DNA from: Mobula hypostoma
Taxonomy: Eukaryota
Reading direction: 5' to 3'
Length of the DNA: 64,000 bases
NCBI RefSeq assembly: GCF_963921235.1
Contig: NC_086108.1
Coordinates: forward strand, 32,800,001 to 32,864,000
This document shows, piece by piece, positions 62,370-64,000 of the stretch (its first letter is position 1; each line of letters begins with the position of its first letter). The position numbers and the translations under genes were made by a program. The notes under the pieces were generated by a model, which did not search any database, was not told the DNA's origin, and worked only from the letters and a program-made list of their open reading frames with translations.

Positions 62370-63858
62370 GGCCCTTTCAACGCCTTTTGTGCACCCACTG
62401 AAAGAGAGAATAAAACCACAGCTATGAGGATCCCTGCTGCATCCAGTGACCCTGTAATCTGTCTCAGAGGGTGATGTCAGAACGTCATTGAAAAGGGAGA
62501 ACCCTTGCAAGGCGACAGGCCCCAAATGATGCACCTGGTAAGGTTCTGAAAACCTGTGCCAACCAACTGGCAAGTATGTTCAAAGACATTTTCAATCTCT
62601 CATTGCTACGGACAGAAGTTTCCACCTGCTTCAAAATGGCAACAATCATACCAGCATCCAAGAAGAGCAGGGTGGGCTGTCCTAATGACTATCGTCCAGT
62701 TGCACTCATATCTTCCGTGATGAAGTGCTTTGCGAGTTTGGCTATGGCTAGAATCAACTCTTGCCTCAGCAAGGACTTGGCCCCACTGCAATTTGCATAT
62801 CATCACAATAGGTCCACAGTAGATGCGATCTCATTGGCTCTTCACGGAGCCTTGGATCATCTGGGCAATAGTAATTGTCAGGCTGCTGTTTATTGACTAG
62901 AGCTCAGCGTTTAACACAATCATTCCTACAGTTCTGACCAAACAGCTCCAAAACCTGGGTCTCTATACCTCGCGCTTAAACTGGATCCTCGACTTCCTCA
63001 CCAAAAAACCATAGTCAGTGATGTGACCGGGTCTTGAATTACCCCTATGAAATGTGCTTTTGAAAAGAGAGAGATAGAGTTGTTCAACACAGACACCTTG
63101 TTAAAAAGAGAGAGAAAGAAAGAGAGAAGCGAAGACTGCTCACAGTTCGTTTATACTTTCTGCAAGGACACTAGCAGCTTCCAAGTTCTTACAGAGAGAG
63201 AAGGGAGGAGCTGCTTGATGGACAGCTAGTAGTCAGCACGGGAAGATAAATAGAAGGTCAGCTGTTAGACCTACAGACACATGGTTTTGGACACTGAATG
63301 AGCTTTATTGTGCCCACAGAAAAGGTGGGTTTTGGAGGATCGATCAGTGGCTCTCGCAGTGTGAAAAGGGTGTGACCGGTGGGGAGTTAATCGTGTGTCC
63401 AACCCTCACCTAGGTTGATAATTCCACCACAGAAGAATGGTCCCCTTTGTTGTAGTCACAGTCGGTGACTTCGAAAGGAATTCGGAGGACAAGGGGAAGA
63501 TCGATGGCGTCAGCTCACCTGAAGACCCAAATCTCTCCCTCTCTCTCTCCATCACTACTCAACTAAATACCACGAACTGAACTGTACTCATCATCGTAAG
63601 ACTATCTATTTACCCCTAGACGTGAAGAAGCTTGGTTTTCATATATTTCCACACATATATATAATCATTGCTAACCCGTTTGCTATATCTGATTTTATAT
63701 TACTGTATTGCGTATTTAATAAATACCATTAGTTAATAGCAATACCAGACTCCAAAGTGTTTCCATTTCTGCTAGTTCTTTAAACCGTCACGGGGTACAT
63801 GACAGTGAGGATCAGAAATAACTTCTCCACCTTGCTGATAATCAATACTGGTGCAGCT
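62370..63858 (+). mobile_element. Degraded Rex1/Babar RT fragment interrupted by a solo LTR
   Basis: 'FKDIFNLSL...PNDYRPVALISSVMKCF...LAPLQFAY..NRSTVDAI'; resumes after the LTR with GGATCAGAAATAAC. Confidence 0.85.
63022..63804. repeat. Solo LTR (Gypsy-like, different family)
   Basis: TGTGAC...TGACA termini; exact 4-bp TSD GTGA at 63018..63021 and 63805..63808; cleanly interrupts Rex1. Confidence 0.85.
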
Positions 63859-64000
63859 TAAATATATCTGCTTAACCTACTAAGCATGACAGTGGTTATA
63901 TTTGATTCAGAGCTTGAGGAGAATTGATAGAAAATCGGAGGGGCAGAGCGAACGGTGACCCCTCTGCTTGCATCTTTGGAAACAGCTCTGTTTCTATCAT

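Overview
Eukaryotic (vertebrate) genomic DNA, most likely a cartilaginous fish. This is inferred from CR1 LINEs with (TTCTATG)n tails, V-SINE/HE1-like SINEs and a GIY-YIG Penelope-like family. No host protein-coding gene can be supported; the window is mostly nested transposable elements. It holds many CR1 and Rex1/Babar LINE copies, including a CR1 at 56859-61177 with intact ORF1 and an ORF2 broken by one insertion. It also holds a Gmr1-type (integrase-before-RT) Gypsy remnant, two solo LTRs, a degraded class III-like ERV with a gamma-type env, HERO-like RLE retrotransposon ends, RTE fragments, SINEs and a hAT MITE. The most striking signal is a family of tiny (about 60-490 bp) Penelope-derived insertions, most of which carry a minimal hammerhead ribozyme motif (AGTC-CTGACGA-stemII-GAAAC-GTC-GACT). 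Three of them are fold-back palindromes with 12-14 bp target-site duplications that invert at or next to the ribozyme's 5' edge; two are very young with perfect 87-95 bp arms.
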